Shown here: piece by piece, positions 1 through 12,889 of the stretch
How positions within the stretch are numbered: the stretch's first letter is position 1
Layout: each line of letters opens with the position of its first letter
Assembly: GCA_965153355.1 (NCBI GenBank)
Contig: OZ231126.1
Coordinates: 8,804,001-8,868,000, forward strand
Direction of reading: 5' to 3'
DNA length: 64,000 nt
DNA from: Flaccisagitta enflata
Taxonomy: Eukaryota
The notes under the pieces: model-generated
Seen by the model: only the letters and a program-made list of their open reading frames with translations
Database searches by the model: none
What the model was told of the DNA's origin: nothing
Program-made: the position numbers and the translations under genes

Positions 1-3000
1 TCAAAAGGTGGACCAGCTACCAATGATCAAACTATAAAGCTATCCACAGAGGTAGTGTGGTCAACCAACTTGCCACCCAGCAGTGCATCAGTCAAAACTA
101 ATGGTACCCCTGACTTGCTGATGAAAATGAAAAATTCATCTGAAACTCCAGAAGAAGCCCCACTTTCTGTAAGTGGCGAAATTGCAGATAAGTCAAAAGA
201 AGAAAACCCATCATCATCACAAAAGGCAAAAACAGATAGGTTAGGATCAGCATTGCATGTTGATGACCAGCTTGGTGCAAATTCTTCAACTGAAACAGAG
301 AAACAATCCACCTCTGTAACATCCCCAATCACTGCAGTTGGTATCACAAAAGAAAAAACCAAACAAGATAAAGGAATTGTCATAACAAATGATGCTTCCA
401 TAAAGACATCCACGGTCAAAACTGCTACAGCACCTTCATCAGGCAAAGCCTCTGATGCACCAAACTATGACTTCCTCGTGAAAGCTGCTGAGGGCCTACT
501 GGAGATGTTTTCAGATACTTCTAATGAACAAAAAACCTCAACAGACTCAATTAGGTCTCCAGCCAAAAAACCTGCAATCCCCAACAATGTTACTAGCAAA
601 CGACTATCAAAAGATGATGTAGAAATTAGTCCAAAGGATGAGGATGTCAGAAAAGATGTATTAAACACTGACAGCACATCTTCCAAACATATAGACAAAA
701 AGACAATATCTCCCATGATTCACAGTGAAAAAACTGTGTCTGTGAAAAAAGAGGGAAAGAATGATTCATTGATGACATCCAGCCAGAACCAGATGCCCAC
801 AAGTAGTAAACTCTCTTCAGCATCTAGTCAGGATGCAAGAAAACAAAGTGACCCAAAGTTGCTTGACTCAAAGAAACCAGACAAGCTAGTTTCCAAAAAT
901 TCCATAGAAAAAAATCAATCTCTAAACAGCCTTGGCAGATCACCAAAAGCATCACCAAAAGCCACACCAAAGGCCACACCAAGAGCTTCACCAAGAGCGT
1001 CACCTCGAGCAAATATCATTGGACAACCCAAAGCTGATCCTGCAAATATTGCCAGTAAAGTTTCATCGAAAACTCATCAAATTAGTGAAACAAAAAATAT
1101 AGAAACTATAGCTGCTAAAAAATCTAATACAGATAAGGTGTCAATGAGTCAGCAATTACAGAAAATTGAAAAAGAAAACTCTAGTTCTCAACATACTGGT
1201 ATGCAATCATCAGGTGAGAAGCAAGGTCATGACATTCAATTCATTGAGGCAAAGCTAAAAGAATCTCAACTTTTAAAAGGAAGTGATATCAAACAACAAA
1301 AAGTTACTCAGTTATCAGTGGTTGAGGATGCAAGGAATAAAAGTGTATCAGAAAAATCTCAAAGTGGAGAATTGATCTCATCAATTGCAGATAATGTAAA
1401 GAACAAAATGGCTCAAAAAACCAATGGTGATGATAAGCCACAAAACAATGCATCAAGTAAAATAGAAAGAGTTCCGTCCAAGCATAATACCAGCCAATCA
1501 GATAATCAAAGCTCATTTATGGTTGATGAAAAAGGACACAAGCCAACTGTAGTAATTTCTATTGATGAGCCATTAATGCCTTTCTCTACCAATTCTGGAA
1601 ATTCCACTAACAGAGAGAGCAAGAGATTGTCACTCAAAAATCGATTGCAGCATACAGACAAGCCATATGAAATGAAGACAGATGACAATTACAAAATCAG
1701 TAAACCACAAAATGAAGAAAAGATAAACCAAAACGCAGATACACAGAAATCGTCTGACACTCAAACAGATGGACGTAAAAAACTAAGCAGTGAAAAGGAA
1801 GTTCCTCATATCAAAAAGAATGATGATCAATCAAAAATTACAGTAAAGAATTTGGAAGATATGAACAAAGCAGATGTACATTCTCAAAGCACAGGCAAGC
1901 AGGAAGTGTTAGTTGCCACTGCCTCTCTACCAGCTATCAATGGCACTAACATCACAGGAGATATTAACAGCAAACTCTGTCCAGCAACCAAAAAATCTCC
2001 AGAGATTCCTCCTGACAGCTCTGTTAATCCTAACAGCTCAATCCAATCCAGTGACAAAGGAGATGCCTCACCCTTTTTATCCACAAACAAACTGAATAAC
2101 TCAAAGACTGAAGCCTCTTTGATAAAAAAGGACAAACCTGGCAATGCCAATCTATCTTCACTATCCAGTAATGTTGACATTGACATTGATGCTATTGATG
2201 ATCCCAAGCCCAAAAAGTCACTTATAACAGCCAATAATAATGATCCAGTTGATCAACAACCAACAGCTGCTCCTCAGCATGAGGTCAATATGAATGTTGT
2301 TGATAAGAAATTGAAAACTAGCGAAGAGCTGGCAACAGTGTCTGAAGGAAATGTTTTGAATGCGTTGAAAAATGAGGCTCATGGAACTGTTAACACTCTT
2401 GACAAAAAGCATAAAGCAGAGCCTGCTTCTTCTTCAACATCCACTGCTATGAAACCAATCCTTAAAAAAACTGAAGCCTCTCTGAAGAAAAAGAAAAAAT
2501 CTCTCAGTAATGATCCTCCCCAGCCCTCCCCAACTGCTGAAATTGACTTTGATGCCATTGATGACCCTTTCAAGCCCAGAGGGTCTTTGAAAATGGGTAA
2601 TCTGAATGATCCTGTAGTATTACAACCTCAGGTTGATAGTGATACCATAAATGACCCAATAAAACCTGGGAAACAGCTGTCTTTGCGGTCTGATAAAAAA
2701 GTTTCCATTGTCTTGACAAATGAGGAAAATAAGGCTGATAATTCACATGACAATGTGCTAACAGGAGAACCATACTCCAAGCAAAATGGAATCACAACAT
2801 CATCACAAGTAGAAGAGAAAACAACAAAAAGTTTTCATGATAATTCTTACTCCTCTAAAGATTCTAAAGGGGGAAGTGATGGCAATTTATCTGATCTACC
2901 CCCCAAGCAATGTGATGTATCAAAGAATGCAGAAAAACCTTTGCCCATCGATGACAGTCGTATTGATAAGAAAAATGATGGAATATCTAGGACAGACACT

Positions 3001-3450
3001 GTTCCTCAGATCTCTAGCAATGCAATCATCTCAGCAGTCAGTGACGCAAAAGTAGCCAAGACAGCCATAAAGACCTCTTTTAAAGGAGATGAACCCAAAC
3101 CATCAAGTGATACAATCATAGAGGTTCATGCTGTGGATATCATTTCACCAAATCATTCATCGAAGGAAGCAGTTGCAAAACAGATGGAAACAATTGATGA
3201 CCCATCCAACATCTTGCAAGAAGATGTGAATAAGATATGCAACGAATCAGGAAAAAACATTGATACAAAGAAAACAGCTCTAAAACCTGGAAGTGAAGAA
3301 ATGGATAATTCAATTTGTGATGCAAGGAAGGATGCTTCCAACGAAGCTCACACTCAAAATGTTGAAGAAAAACCACAAAGCTCTGTAAAAGCAGTTGCCA
3401 AACGCAGGAGAGCGAACAAAAATGCATGCCTCTACTGTTCTTACCTCTGA
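1..3450 (+). CDS. Large low-complexity Ser/Lys/Thr/Asp-rich (probably disordered) coding exon, 5'-incomplete, ending ...KRRRANKNACLYCSYL*
   Basis: Frame is open from base 1 to TGA at 3448-3450 (~1,149 codons) in AT-rich DNA. Contains SPKA/TPKA/SPRA repeats and recurrent D(I/F)DAIDDP / NDP motifs. No recognisable globular domain. Confidence 0.8.
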   Translation, partial: SKGGPATNDQTIKLSTEVVWSTNLPPSSASVKTNGTPDLLMKMKNSSETPEEAPLSVSGEIADKSKEENPSSSQKAKTDRLGSALHVDDQLGANSSTETEKQSTSVTSPITAVGITKEKTKQDKGIVITNDASIKTSTVKTATAPSSGKASDAPNYDFLVKAAEGLLEMFSDTSNEQKTSTDSIRSPAKKPAIPNNVTSKRLSKDDVEISPKDEDVRKDVLNTDSTSSKHIDKKTISPMIHSEKTVSVKKEGKNDSLMTSSQNQMPTSSKLSSASSQDARKQSDPKLLDSKKPDKLVSKNSIEKNQSLNSLGRSPKASPKATPKATPRASPRASPRANIIGQPKADPANIASKVSSKTHQISETKNIETIAAKKSNTDKVSMSQQLQKIEKENSSSQHTGMQSSGEKQGHDIQFIEAKLKESQLLKGSDIKQQKVTQLSVVEDARNKSVSEKSQSGELISSIADNVKNKMAQKTNGDDKPQNNASSKIERVPSKHNTSQSDNQSSFMVDEKGHKPTVVISIDEPLMPFSTNSGNSTNRESKRLSLKNRLQHTDKPYEMKTDDNYKISKPQNEEKINQNADTQKSSDTQTDGRKKLSSEKEVPHIKKNDDQSKITVKNLEDMNKADVHSQSTGKQEVLVATASLPAINGTNITGDINSKLCPATKKSPEIPPDSSVNPNSSIQSSDKGDASPFLSTNKLNNSKTEASLIKKDKPGNANLSSLSSNVDIDIDAIDDPKPKKSLITANNNDPVDQQPTAAPQHEVNMNVVDKKLKTSEELATVSEGNVLNALKNEAHGTVNTLDKKHKAEPASSSTSTAMKPILKKTEASLKKKKKSLSNDPPQPSPTAEIDFDAIDDPFKPRGSLKMGNLNDPVVLQPQVDSDTINDPIKPGKQLSLRSDKKVSIVLTNEENKADNSHDNVLTGEPYSKQNGITTSSQVEEKTTKSFHDNSYSSKDSKGGSDGNLSDLPPKQCDVSKNAEKPLPIDDSRIDKKNDGISRTDTVPQISSNAIISAVSDAKVAKTAIKTSFKGDEPKPSSDTIIEVHAVDIISPNHSSKEAVAKQMETIDDPSNILQEDVNKICNESGKNIDTKKTALKPGSEEMDNSICDARKDASNEAHTQNVEEKPQSSVKAVAKRRRANKNACLYCSYL

Positions 3451-4087
3451 ATCAAACATGAGTAGTTTTGTTGGTGAATGAGATAACTATTACTATTCGA
3501 TCATTTTTTTTCTAAACCAGTCAGAAAAAGACGAAAATTAGCAACATATTTTTCTCCCAATATCATTTTTGTACTTGTCAGCAAGTTTTAGAAGGGCAGA
3601 TTTGTACTCTCCCAGTATAGAATCAGAATTTAGATACAAATATATTATATTTCCTGCATTTTTTGCCCCCTCTAATAAGCGCCTCCCCCCTTTTTTTTTT
3701 CTTTTAGTTTAAGACAGAATTTCTTTCATATCTTCCAAAGTTCATAGCAGATAAGGTATATTTGGCAAAGACCACATAAGAATAGCATGCAGTGCAGCAA
3801 AATATTCCCTGCCTTTGATTTTCTTACCCGCGATGCGTCGCGTTGCATTTGTATATCTGTGATTTTCTTCCGTATATAGCAACAAAACAATGTATTTAAG
3901 GTTTAAATAGTGTTAAATTGTGTTTTACTAATTGTGTTTTATAATTTGGTACTGTCAAAAATTATATTTTCCCCAAATTTCCTTTTTTTCTCTTTTTTCC
4001 CCCTTTGATATCCTTCCCCATCTCCAGTCCCTTTGATTTCCCCACAGGAGGGGAGGGAAAACTCAATAATTTACAGGCCTGTCTAAT

Positions 4088-4551
4088 CTTTACTTGGAAA
4101 TACGGGGGCCATCCTATCCTAGATACCATTTGTTCAATCAAAATGAAACTATGTGTGTAGAATGCTTATGTCCTATAGGGTTGACAATGGGGTATGGCAG
4201 CTCTGTGGATAGAAAATTCAAATTCACTCTATACAAGCAGCTGCTGGAATTGGTCCAGTAGTTATCTCAGTTGACTACAGATTCATTGTGGTCAGTTTAT
4301 TTAAAGGTTCCAGGTTCAAATCCCTGGTTGGTTTTGCAGATCAAGCAAATAAATGAAGCTGAAATTCTGCAAAAAAAAAGTGATTGATCCTTTAATTTTT
4401 TACTAAAAGTTTTTTTCCTAAGGTAAGCCGTAGGGGGATGCCATACCCCATCATCAACCCTTAAGGGTTTATACATTACACCAGCAAAATATCAGTTCCC
4501 TTACTGCACTGATAGTCAGGTTATGAGCTCCTCCGTATTTCCAAGTCTAGA
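4088..4551. mobile_element. Small nested inverted-repeat elements (probable MITEs)
   Basis: Outer IR acttggaaatacgg / ccgtatttccaagt. Inner IR agggttgacaatggggtatggca (~4177) / tgccataccccatcatcaaccct (~4461). Confidence 0.45.
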
Positions 4552-6594
4552 TGACAACTACTCTTAAAAGCTCAACGTTCATATGCAAAATCTTCTAGAA
4601 AGACCATTTTTGCTTTGTTTTTAGTAGCTTTACACATGACACCCTCACATAAGGGTTTCTACCCTTTCTCTTGCGTGAACAGTAATGGTTCTTTATCAAT
4701 GTCTTTTCTCCATCATAAAAAAGCTCAAGTCCTTGCCAATGTTTGTTTCATTTTTCAATGAAGTCCAAACAAATCTGATACCAATGATACCATCTATTTC
4801 TCTAACTATTTCAAACAAACTTTGTAGTTTCCCAGCACTGGTGTAACATGGTGTCATGAAAATTTCTTTGTTGTTTTTTTTTTTCATTAAAGAATTTCCT
4901 TTTTTCAAGGTCAAATTTACAAATCAATATGAGTCAAGAGAGAAGAATGGCGCCATTGGCCATTCTCTCATTTTATCGGTCATTTCTCTTATTTTGGTTA
5001 TTTTCCATTTTATTATGATTTTGCTTCCTCTCATTTTTATCGGTCACAAATATTCTCTCTCCCTGGGTTGATTTCGAATTTGCTTCAGTCTGATTAAAAT
5101 CTTTCTTGGAAATCATTTCTCTCCTAAAATTAGCTTCGCTCATTTAGACAGATAAATCATTAGATAGATTTTGCTCTGCTCACCTCTGATTGACGAGTCT
5201 CGCCTCGTTCATTCATTCATTCATTTATGTAGAATTACTACATAAAGTAGCTAGATTACATCGCTTCAAGACATCTTGCTAAAATTTGAGTAGTATTGAA
5301 TAAAACTCCTCTCTACTATCTAGGAAATAATTATGGAATCAAAAAGGGTGCGATTTGATTCATCAAACAAATTCTGTTAAAACCATGATACTGATCGCAT
5401 AAGCACTTCATGTGATATTTTTGTTAACTAATATCTTCAGTTTTGCTGCTAGGGGGCGGTTGATAAAGACTTTCATACAGATTATTAGGGTCTTGTTCTG
5501 CCATCTGTGAGCGGTTATTGTCAGTTTATCATTTAATGGAGAGTTTCCATTGTTTTGCTTGTCATTTCTAAACGGTTTAAACCACAGAAACCAGATTGCG
5601 CTCATCTTGAAGATTTTTCAATGTAGATAAATTTGCTTTTTTAAAAAAAGTTATTCGCCTTTCTAGAAGCGGAGATATCTCAAGCAGACGAAAGCCCTAA
5701 TTTTTGTGTCTATCATTTTCACTTTTTTCTACCCATTTTGAAAATGAAAGTTTTCACTCTTTTGCTTGTCATTTCTACAGAGACCAGATTGAACTCATCT
5801 TGAAGATTTTTTGATGTAGATTAATTTGCTTTTTTGAAAAAGTTATTTAGCATTCTTAGAAGTCAAGATATCTATGGTTGAAGTTGATTCCATAATTGTT
5901 TCCTAGGTAGTAATGAATCAGCCACTCATACAACACTGCCGATGCAAGCTGATTTGTAGCTAGAATTGAACTAGGTCATGTCGTCTCTTTATGAAATGTC
6001 CATGTGTCCATTCTTATGCCCATCTATCCATACATCTTTACATTAGTTGGACAAGTGGAACAGTATCCATCACCTTACCCATACTTAACAATATGGGAGA
6101 ATGCCTTGTTAGCTCTCACCATTACATACTTCTGATAATCAAGCTGATGATTTATTGAGCGGAATCGTCTTGTTCTCAAACATCTTTGGTTCTTAAGATG
6201 GAATCGCTCATGAATCTGAGATTTACAATTGAGTCATCAGCAAAATTCAAATCCACTCCAAGAGGGTAAAGTTTGATTATTTTGGTGACAAAAATCGGGC
6301 AAGAAACAAACCGGGAGAAGAAATATGCAATGATCATTTTTCCCATAATTATAACGCACACAAACTGATAGTCAATGACTTCTTTTCATTTTCTTTGTTA
6401 GGTGGACCACTACACGGTTATGTCTGTCTGTCTGTCTGTCTATCAAGCTGATTCTCTCTCTCTCTCTCTCTCTCTCTGCCAATTTTAGAGCATTCTAAAG
6501 AACCTACCGAAATGTGGAAGTAAGAGCAAGAAAAAAGGACTCAAAGGAGTAATTGGACAATTCATCCATCAAAAATCCAGATGATACCGGACCT

Positions 6595-6689
<95 letters not shown>

Positions 6690-6802
6690 AGCACACGCAC
6701 ACGCACTCGCACACGCACAGGCAGACAGACATAGACTGACAGACAGAGAGAGAGACACACACGCAGGTGGACATAGAGACAGAAAAAGTCAATTTAAGAC
6801 AG

Positions 6803-6933
<131 letters not shown>

Positions 6934-7384
6934 GTGTGCGTGGTGAAGGAATGAATGACAAGGCCGAATACACGGTCAAAAAGAAGTCTATTGCGGGTGG
7001 TCAGGGGCAGTATTTCGGGTGGGCAGGGGCAGTGTGTTTGGGCGTGGACTGTAATTTGGCTGGGCAGTGGCAGTAGTGCCTAGAATCCACTATTACAGCC
7101 TATTCTGCGTCATCCAAATTTTCGCGTTATGGACGGACCTACCTAACTACCTGCTTCCCTACCTACCTATCTACGTCAAGGTACACATGAAGGGGCAATT
7201 TCCATGGTCAAATCATACTTTAGAAAAAAATTAAAATGATTCATTGATAATTTTGTTGTAAAGAAATTATATTTTTGGTATATATCATTGATTTAATTGC
7301 ATTGAGAATCATTTATCTGTGCAAAATCAATTTTGAAAATTTGCATTTCTAAAAACATGGCCCCATTCTAAAGACATATAAGAT

Positions 7385-7826
7385 AGTCGCAAAAGCGTTA
7401 GATGGACAGCGGTACCCGTGCCCTGCTTAAGTAGGTTGTGGTTGAGCAGGGCAGCGGCCCGAAGGGGCCGATGACCTATGCTTTCACACATGGGGAAATT
7501 TCTCCTCCTCCCCCAGCGTGCCCCCCCTCCCTCTAGCCTCCAGGTCCATTTCTCAGCTTGGAGGCCTATATCCCAGCCTCAATGCCCGAATCCCAGTCTT
7601 GAGGCCCATATCCCTAGAGACTGGAATCTGGGCCTTGAGGTTGAGATTTTGGCCTTGAGGGTGGGATTTGGGCCTCAAGACTAGGATTTGGGCCTCAAGG
7701 CTGGGATATGGGCTGAGAAATGGGCCTGGAGGCTGGGAGGAGGGGGGTACACTGGAGGAGGAGGAGAAATTTCCACATGTGTGAAGTCATAGGTCATCGG
7801 CCCCTTTGGGGCCGCTGCCCAAAAAA
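7385..7826 (+). mobile_element. Family A non-autonomous element (HINE/pearl-like, subterminal IRs with central repeats)
   Basis: IR gggcagcggccc..gggccgatgacctatg / cataggtcatcggccc..ggggccgctgccc followed by an A-run; degenerate ~20-bp central repeats. Same frame as copies at 10.3, 19.3, 31.4, 33.3 and 59.3 kb. Confidence 0.7.
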
Positions 7827-7994
7827 GGTCATGTTTTTAGAAATGCAAATTTCTGCATTCCAAGAGAGATTAAAAATTTCATGCAAAATGACTTCCTAAA
7901 TTTGCTGCTCGTGTGCATCGCGACCTACTTTCAGATTCGCTTAGCAAGCGATTAAAAAAGATAATTTTTGTTTTCTGTATTTTCTTTTTAACAG

Positions 7995-8078
7995 GTCATA
8001 TCCGTTTCACAAACGGGTCAGGCCTAACCACGGAGGACTTTTATCTCGAAGACCTTAACTATTCCGTTCCATTAACGG
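7995..8078 (+). CDS. Putative internal coding exon, 84 nt, phase 1-1: (G)HIRFTNGSGLTTEDFYLEDLNYSVPLT(G)
   Basis: Strong acceptor tttctttttaacag and perfect donor GTAAGT. Length divisible by 3, open frame, unique sequence, N-glycosylation sequons NGS and NYS. Confidence 0.55.
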
Positions 8079-8274
8079 GTAAGTCATTTTAAGATAGACG
8101 TCATCTATAACTATACTTTAAGTGTAATGATGTCATTGATCGGTCATTTGTGATCTAAAAAAAATGAAGTCCTGTCCTTTGCTTTTGTCAGTTCATTGTA
8201 TTTCTTCGTTCCTCCGTCGTGCTGAAACTGTTGACAATTGTTAACCTACTTGATTGTATATTCTCTTTGTTTTT

Positions 8275-8305
<31 letters not shown>

Positions 8306-8620
8306 TTGTTGTTGTTGTTTTTTTTTCATATGCATATTTTGTTTGCTCGTTGAATTGTTTGATTGTTCGTTTGTTCGTTTGTTTATTATGATGTTCTTTG
8401 GTAAGCGTTGTTTTTCCTGTTTTCAATCTTAATCTTTTTTTTTCTTTTTTGTTCATAATAGTAGTTTATACATTTAAGTAGTTACGTTGTCCAACTTTCA
8501 TAGATCATTTTCGATGATGATTATGACGATGACAATGACGATGATAATGATGATGACGATGATGATGACGATGATGACGATGATGACGATGATGACAATG
8601 ATGACGATGACGCTGATGAC

Positions 8621-8728
<108 letters not shown>

Positions 8729-8963
8729 AATGGTGATGATGACGATAACGATGACGACGATGAAGATGATGATGCAACATAAGTTACTTGTCAATTGAGA
8801 CGGCAAATAAGTCGGACAGGCGAGCAATGTGTCCAAAGAAAACAATTCGTCGGAGGGTGTTTCCTTTTCTCTTTTTAGTCGCGTGCACGCGACTCTATGA
8901 CCTGCCTGGTGTTGGCCTTGTCTCTTCTTTAGTCGCTAAGGTGGTTGGTTGGTTGGTCGGTTG

Positions 8964-10078
8964 CACAGCCCTTTCACAGCAAGATCAGGTGAAAAGTAAC
9001 ATTACTGTAGGTTTTTTCATTGTTTTCTATAGAATCTGAGCTCTTTTTACTGGAACTAATGAAGATAAAATCTTGTCAAGAGCGCTTTTTGAGATTTTCA
9101 TAAAAATTGATGGTTTTTAGCCTTCTTTTTCCTGTAGATTCAACTGGGTATTTCAGAAATACTTTTTGTCAGCAAATTTGTATTCCTGGTGAAATTTACA
9201 TTTATTTGATAGGTCGCAACATATACTTTTACATAAAAATAAGATTTTCAGTTTTTAGGCCACCATTGCAAAATCGTAATGGTGGCTTAAAAATAGAAAA
9301 TTGTAGTTTTGGATGAAATTGTATAGTGCGACCTATCAAATGAATGGTAATTTCATCAGGAATTCAAATATGCTGTCAAAAAAAGATTTTCAAATTACCC
9401 AGTTGAATCTACATTGAAAAAGGGTAAACCATCAATTTTTATGAAAACTCAACGCTGTAAGAGATTACAGGTGTTCACAACAAATGATATAAGAAAACGA
9501 CATTCTCTTCAAAATCATGAAACAATCTGAAAATAGACATTTTGTCCGATTTGTAAAAATCATTCGTTCAGTTTTCAACAAAGATTTGAAAAATGAACAT
9601 TCAATCAATTTTCCATCCTAGAATTTTTCTTTTCTTATTTTCTAAATAGAGTTATAGATGCCAGATTGGACTCAAATGAAAGAAAATTTGAAAATCTTTA
9701 ATTTGAGACCAATCTGGCATCAGTAGCTCGAACCGTTTAGAAATGAGAGTGATAGAAAGAAAAAATTCTAGGATGGAAATAGCCTTGATTGAAAATGTTC
9801 ATTTTTTTTCAAATCTTTGTTGAGGCCAAACTACTTGACCCAGACCAATGAAATTTTTACATAAAAAATCGGAGTTTAAGAGCTCTATGAATTTATTTTC
9901 AGAATTGTTTCATGATTTTTAGAAACAGAATAACATCGTTTTCTTATATATCATTTGGTGTGAAACACCCTGTAACTTCATTTGTTCCAGTAAATGGAGC
10001 ACAGATTCTATGCAAAACAATGAAAAAAAACCTACAGTAATGTTACTTTTCTCCGGATCTTGCTGTGAGAGGGCTGTG
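8964..10078. mobile_element. Foldback-like MITE with long TIRs (CACAGCCC...GGGCTGTG) inserted in a family B element
   Basis: ~50-bp TIR cacagccctttcacagcaagatc..aaaagtaacattactgtagg matches 10031-10078 in reverse. Flanked by gttg/gttg. Internal IR ~9095-9220 vs ~9327-9450. Confidence 0.75.
9468..9972. mobile_element. Tc1/mariner-type palindromic MITE nested in the 8964-10078 element
   Basis: TA|caggtgttcac ... gtgaaacaccctg|TA; the arms are inverted copies over most of the length. Confidence 0.7.
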
Positions 10079-10320
10079 GTTGGTATGTCGGTCGGTCAAT
10101 TGTTTGGTCAGTAACACTTCGCATAAACGGCGTTTACAGGTGGTTTCAGCATTACTGCTCCTACCCAAATATTTGTTCAGCCACTTTTATCACTGTCCCT
10201 GCCCACCCGCACGCGGTTTCGGTAGCCGTGAAGCCTTGTTTATTAGTTTTTTAGTCACGGGCACGCGACTCTACACCCCGCTTTGTCCGTCCGTCGGTCT
10301 GTTGGTTGGTCGCACTTTAC

Positions 10321-10855
10321 TTTTGGGCAGCGGCCCCAAAGGGCCGATGTCCTATAGAACACAGGGGTGATCCGTTACGTACGTATGTCCGTACATACGT
10401 CCCCCCCCAAGACTACCTGATCTCAGCCTAAAAGCCCATAACCCCAGCCTCAAGGCCCAAATCCCAGCCTTGAGGCCCAAATCCCTGCCTCGAGGCCCAA
10501 ATTCCAGCCTGAAGGCCCAAATTCCAGCCTCAAGGCACAAATCCCAGCCTCGAGGCCCAAATTCCAGCCTCAAGGCCCAAATTCCAGCCTCAAGGCACAA
10601 ATCCCAGCCTTGAGGCCCAAATCCCAGCCTTGAGGCCCAAATCCCAGCCTTGAGGCCCTAATCCCAGCCTCCAGGCTCAAATCCCAGTCTTAATTCATAA
10701 AACTCTAGACAGACAGACAGACGGATCACCCCTGTGTTCTATAGGACATCGGCCCTTTGGGGCCGCTGCCCTGCTCCCTCTCTACAACCAAGGCAAAACT
10801 ATTCAAGCAGGGCAACGGGTACCGCTGACCATGTGCGATCCTTGGATGACTTGTT
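10321..10855 (-). mobile_element. Family A element with a 20-bp central tandem array, inserted in a family B element (~10250-10955)
   Basis: IR gggcagcggccccaaagggccgatgtcctatagaacacagggg and its reverse complement at ~10728-10771; (aatcccagcctcaaggccca)n core; family B halves on both sides. Confidence 0.75.
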
Positions 10856-11199
10856 TTTTTTTTACCTCACTGCTGCTGCCCAAATGGTCTAGTGACCTCA
10901 AATATGGCCCCTGCCCACCCGCACGCGACTTCGGTAGCCGTGTATCCGGCCTTGTTTCTACTTCATCTGGTTTTCTTCTTCCTTCTTCTCCACATTGTTT
11001 TTTTCCCTTCGTCCACATGGAGATTCGCTTTTCCCATTAATGATTATTAATTCAATCCAGCTTCCTTTGTTGAGCTGAGACAGTTTTGGCCAGAGACACT
11101 CAAAGCTTCGTTAAACTAGACCAATTTTTTAGTTCACTGACCCAATGACATTTATAATTTCGTGCCCGGAATAACCAATGAAAATTGAAACAAATGTTT

Positions 11200-11328
<129 letters not shown>

Positions 11329-11907
11329 GTGACGGATATTTTAATCATCACCCTGGACAATGTCTCGAATTTCTCATCTCGTTCCATTGGAAATTTTAAG
11401 TAAGTTTTCGTTTCAGATTTGAAAAGAGTTTTAGAAAACGAATGAAGAGGTTTTTGCGTTGGGAATATTATCGCGATATTACATAAGGAATATCTGGGTA
11501 ATATCTAGTTAATGCGTCCAATGCGAAAACCCCTTAAGTTAATCATTTACTTCGATTTCGTCGTTTAAAAGTGTCACACTTCGTACAAGACGCCAATGCG
11601 ATTTGTCCATCAGTTCGTAATACTGCTTTTCTGACGAAAATTTAACGATAAGAATGGTATTGAAATGTTATCAGCACATTGATGCTAATGGGAAGTCATT
11701 ATCTCGTTTCTGTTCTCTGTAACATCTATGTGAGACTTTGACCATGCGTCCATAATCTGGTCTGTCTGTCCGTCCAGATGAAAACTGTAACAATGTGTAT
11801 TTCCGCGCCCGCATAGCCGCAAAGGACAGTAACATATCTTCACGTGACTCTTTGGTTTTTTAACCGGAAATATCAAAACAATCCTGATCGGAATAAAGTC
11901 CCGCCTG

Positions 11908-12108
11908 ATGCCTTACGATTTACACATTACCCCTTACGCCTTACGCCTCACGCCTTCTTATGCCTTATGCCTTATGCCTTATGCATTATGCCTTATGCCT
12001 TATGCCTTACGCCTTACGCCTTACGCCTTACGCCTTACGCCTTACGCCTTACGCCTTACGCCTTACGCCCTTCACCTTACACCTGACGCCTTACGCATTA
12101 CGCCTTAC
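11908..12108. repeat. 7-bp tandem repeat (GCCTTAY)n
   Basis: Directly visible gccttac/gccttat units. Confidence 0.9.
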
Positions 12109-12480
12109 CGGTCCCTCCTGGAAGTAGGAGCGAATAGAGATAAATGGCAATGGTTTTCAGAGAGACCACAAATCTTGTTCCGGGAACTGTATCAATGTGC
12201 ATAAAAGAGGAAATCTCGCTTGAAAATTCTTTTGGGTGGTTTCCTTCCCGTGGTGGTGGTTATTCACATTGGTGCTCCTTCCTTCTACCCCTTATATGAG
12301 TAGCGGTCGGTCCCCAACCCCCCATTTTGATGATACCGCTCTCCCCCACCACAATTTGGTAACTCCCCCCCCCTTCCCCCTCACCCCGGTTTTGGTGGGG
12401 AGTCTCAGGTGCAGTCAAGGATTTAACCAAGTGTGGAAAACACGATTTGGTTCATTCCCAGGACTAATCTACACATCCCG

Positions 12481-12607
<127 letters not shown>

Positions 12608-12608
12608 C

Positions 12609-12639
<31 letters not shown>

Positions 12640-12889
12640 CGACAGACAGTAACACGATAGACAGACATAAGCAGAGACGGAAATACAAACTTAAACCGTT
12701 GTGAAAGACAGTCCAATAACGGTTCTTGGTTAGTGGTATCCACGTGATGGTCTGTCTGCCCGTCTGGGTCTGGAACGCCAGAAGCTGGTTTTTGCGAGCC
12801 ATAACCTGGGTCTTAGAAGCCAGGTTCTGGAGATAAAGAGCTGGATCTTGAGGGCTGGGAACAGATTCTTGGTTGCCCATTCTCTGTAC

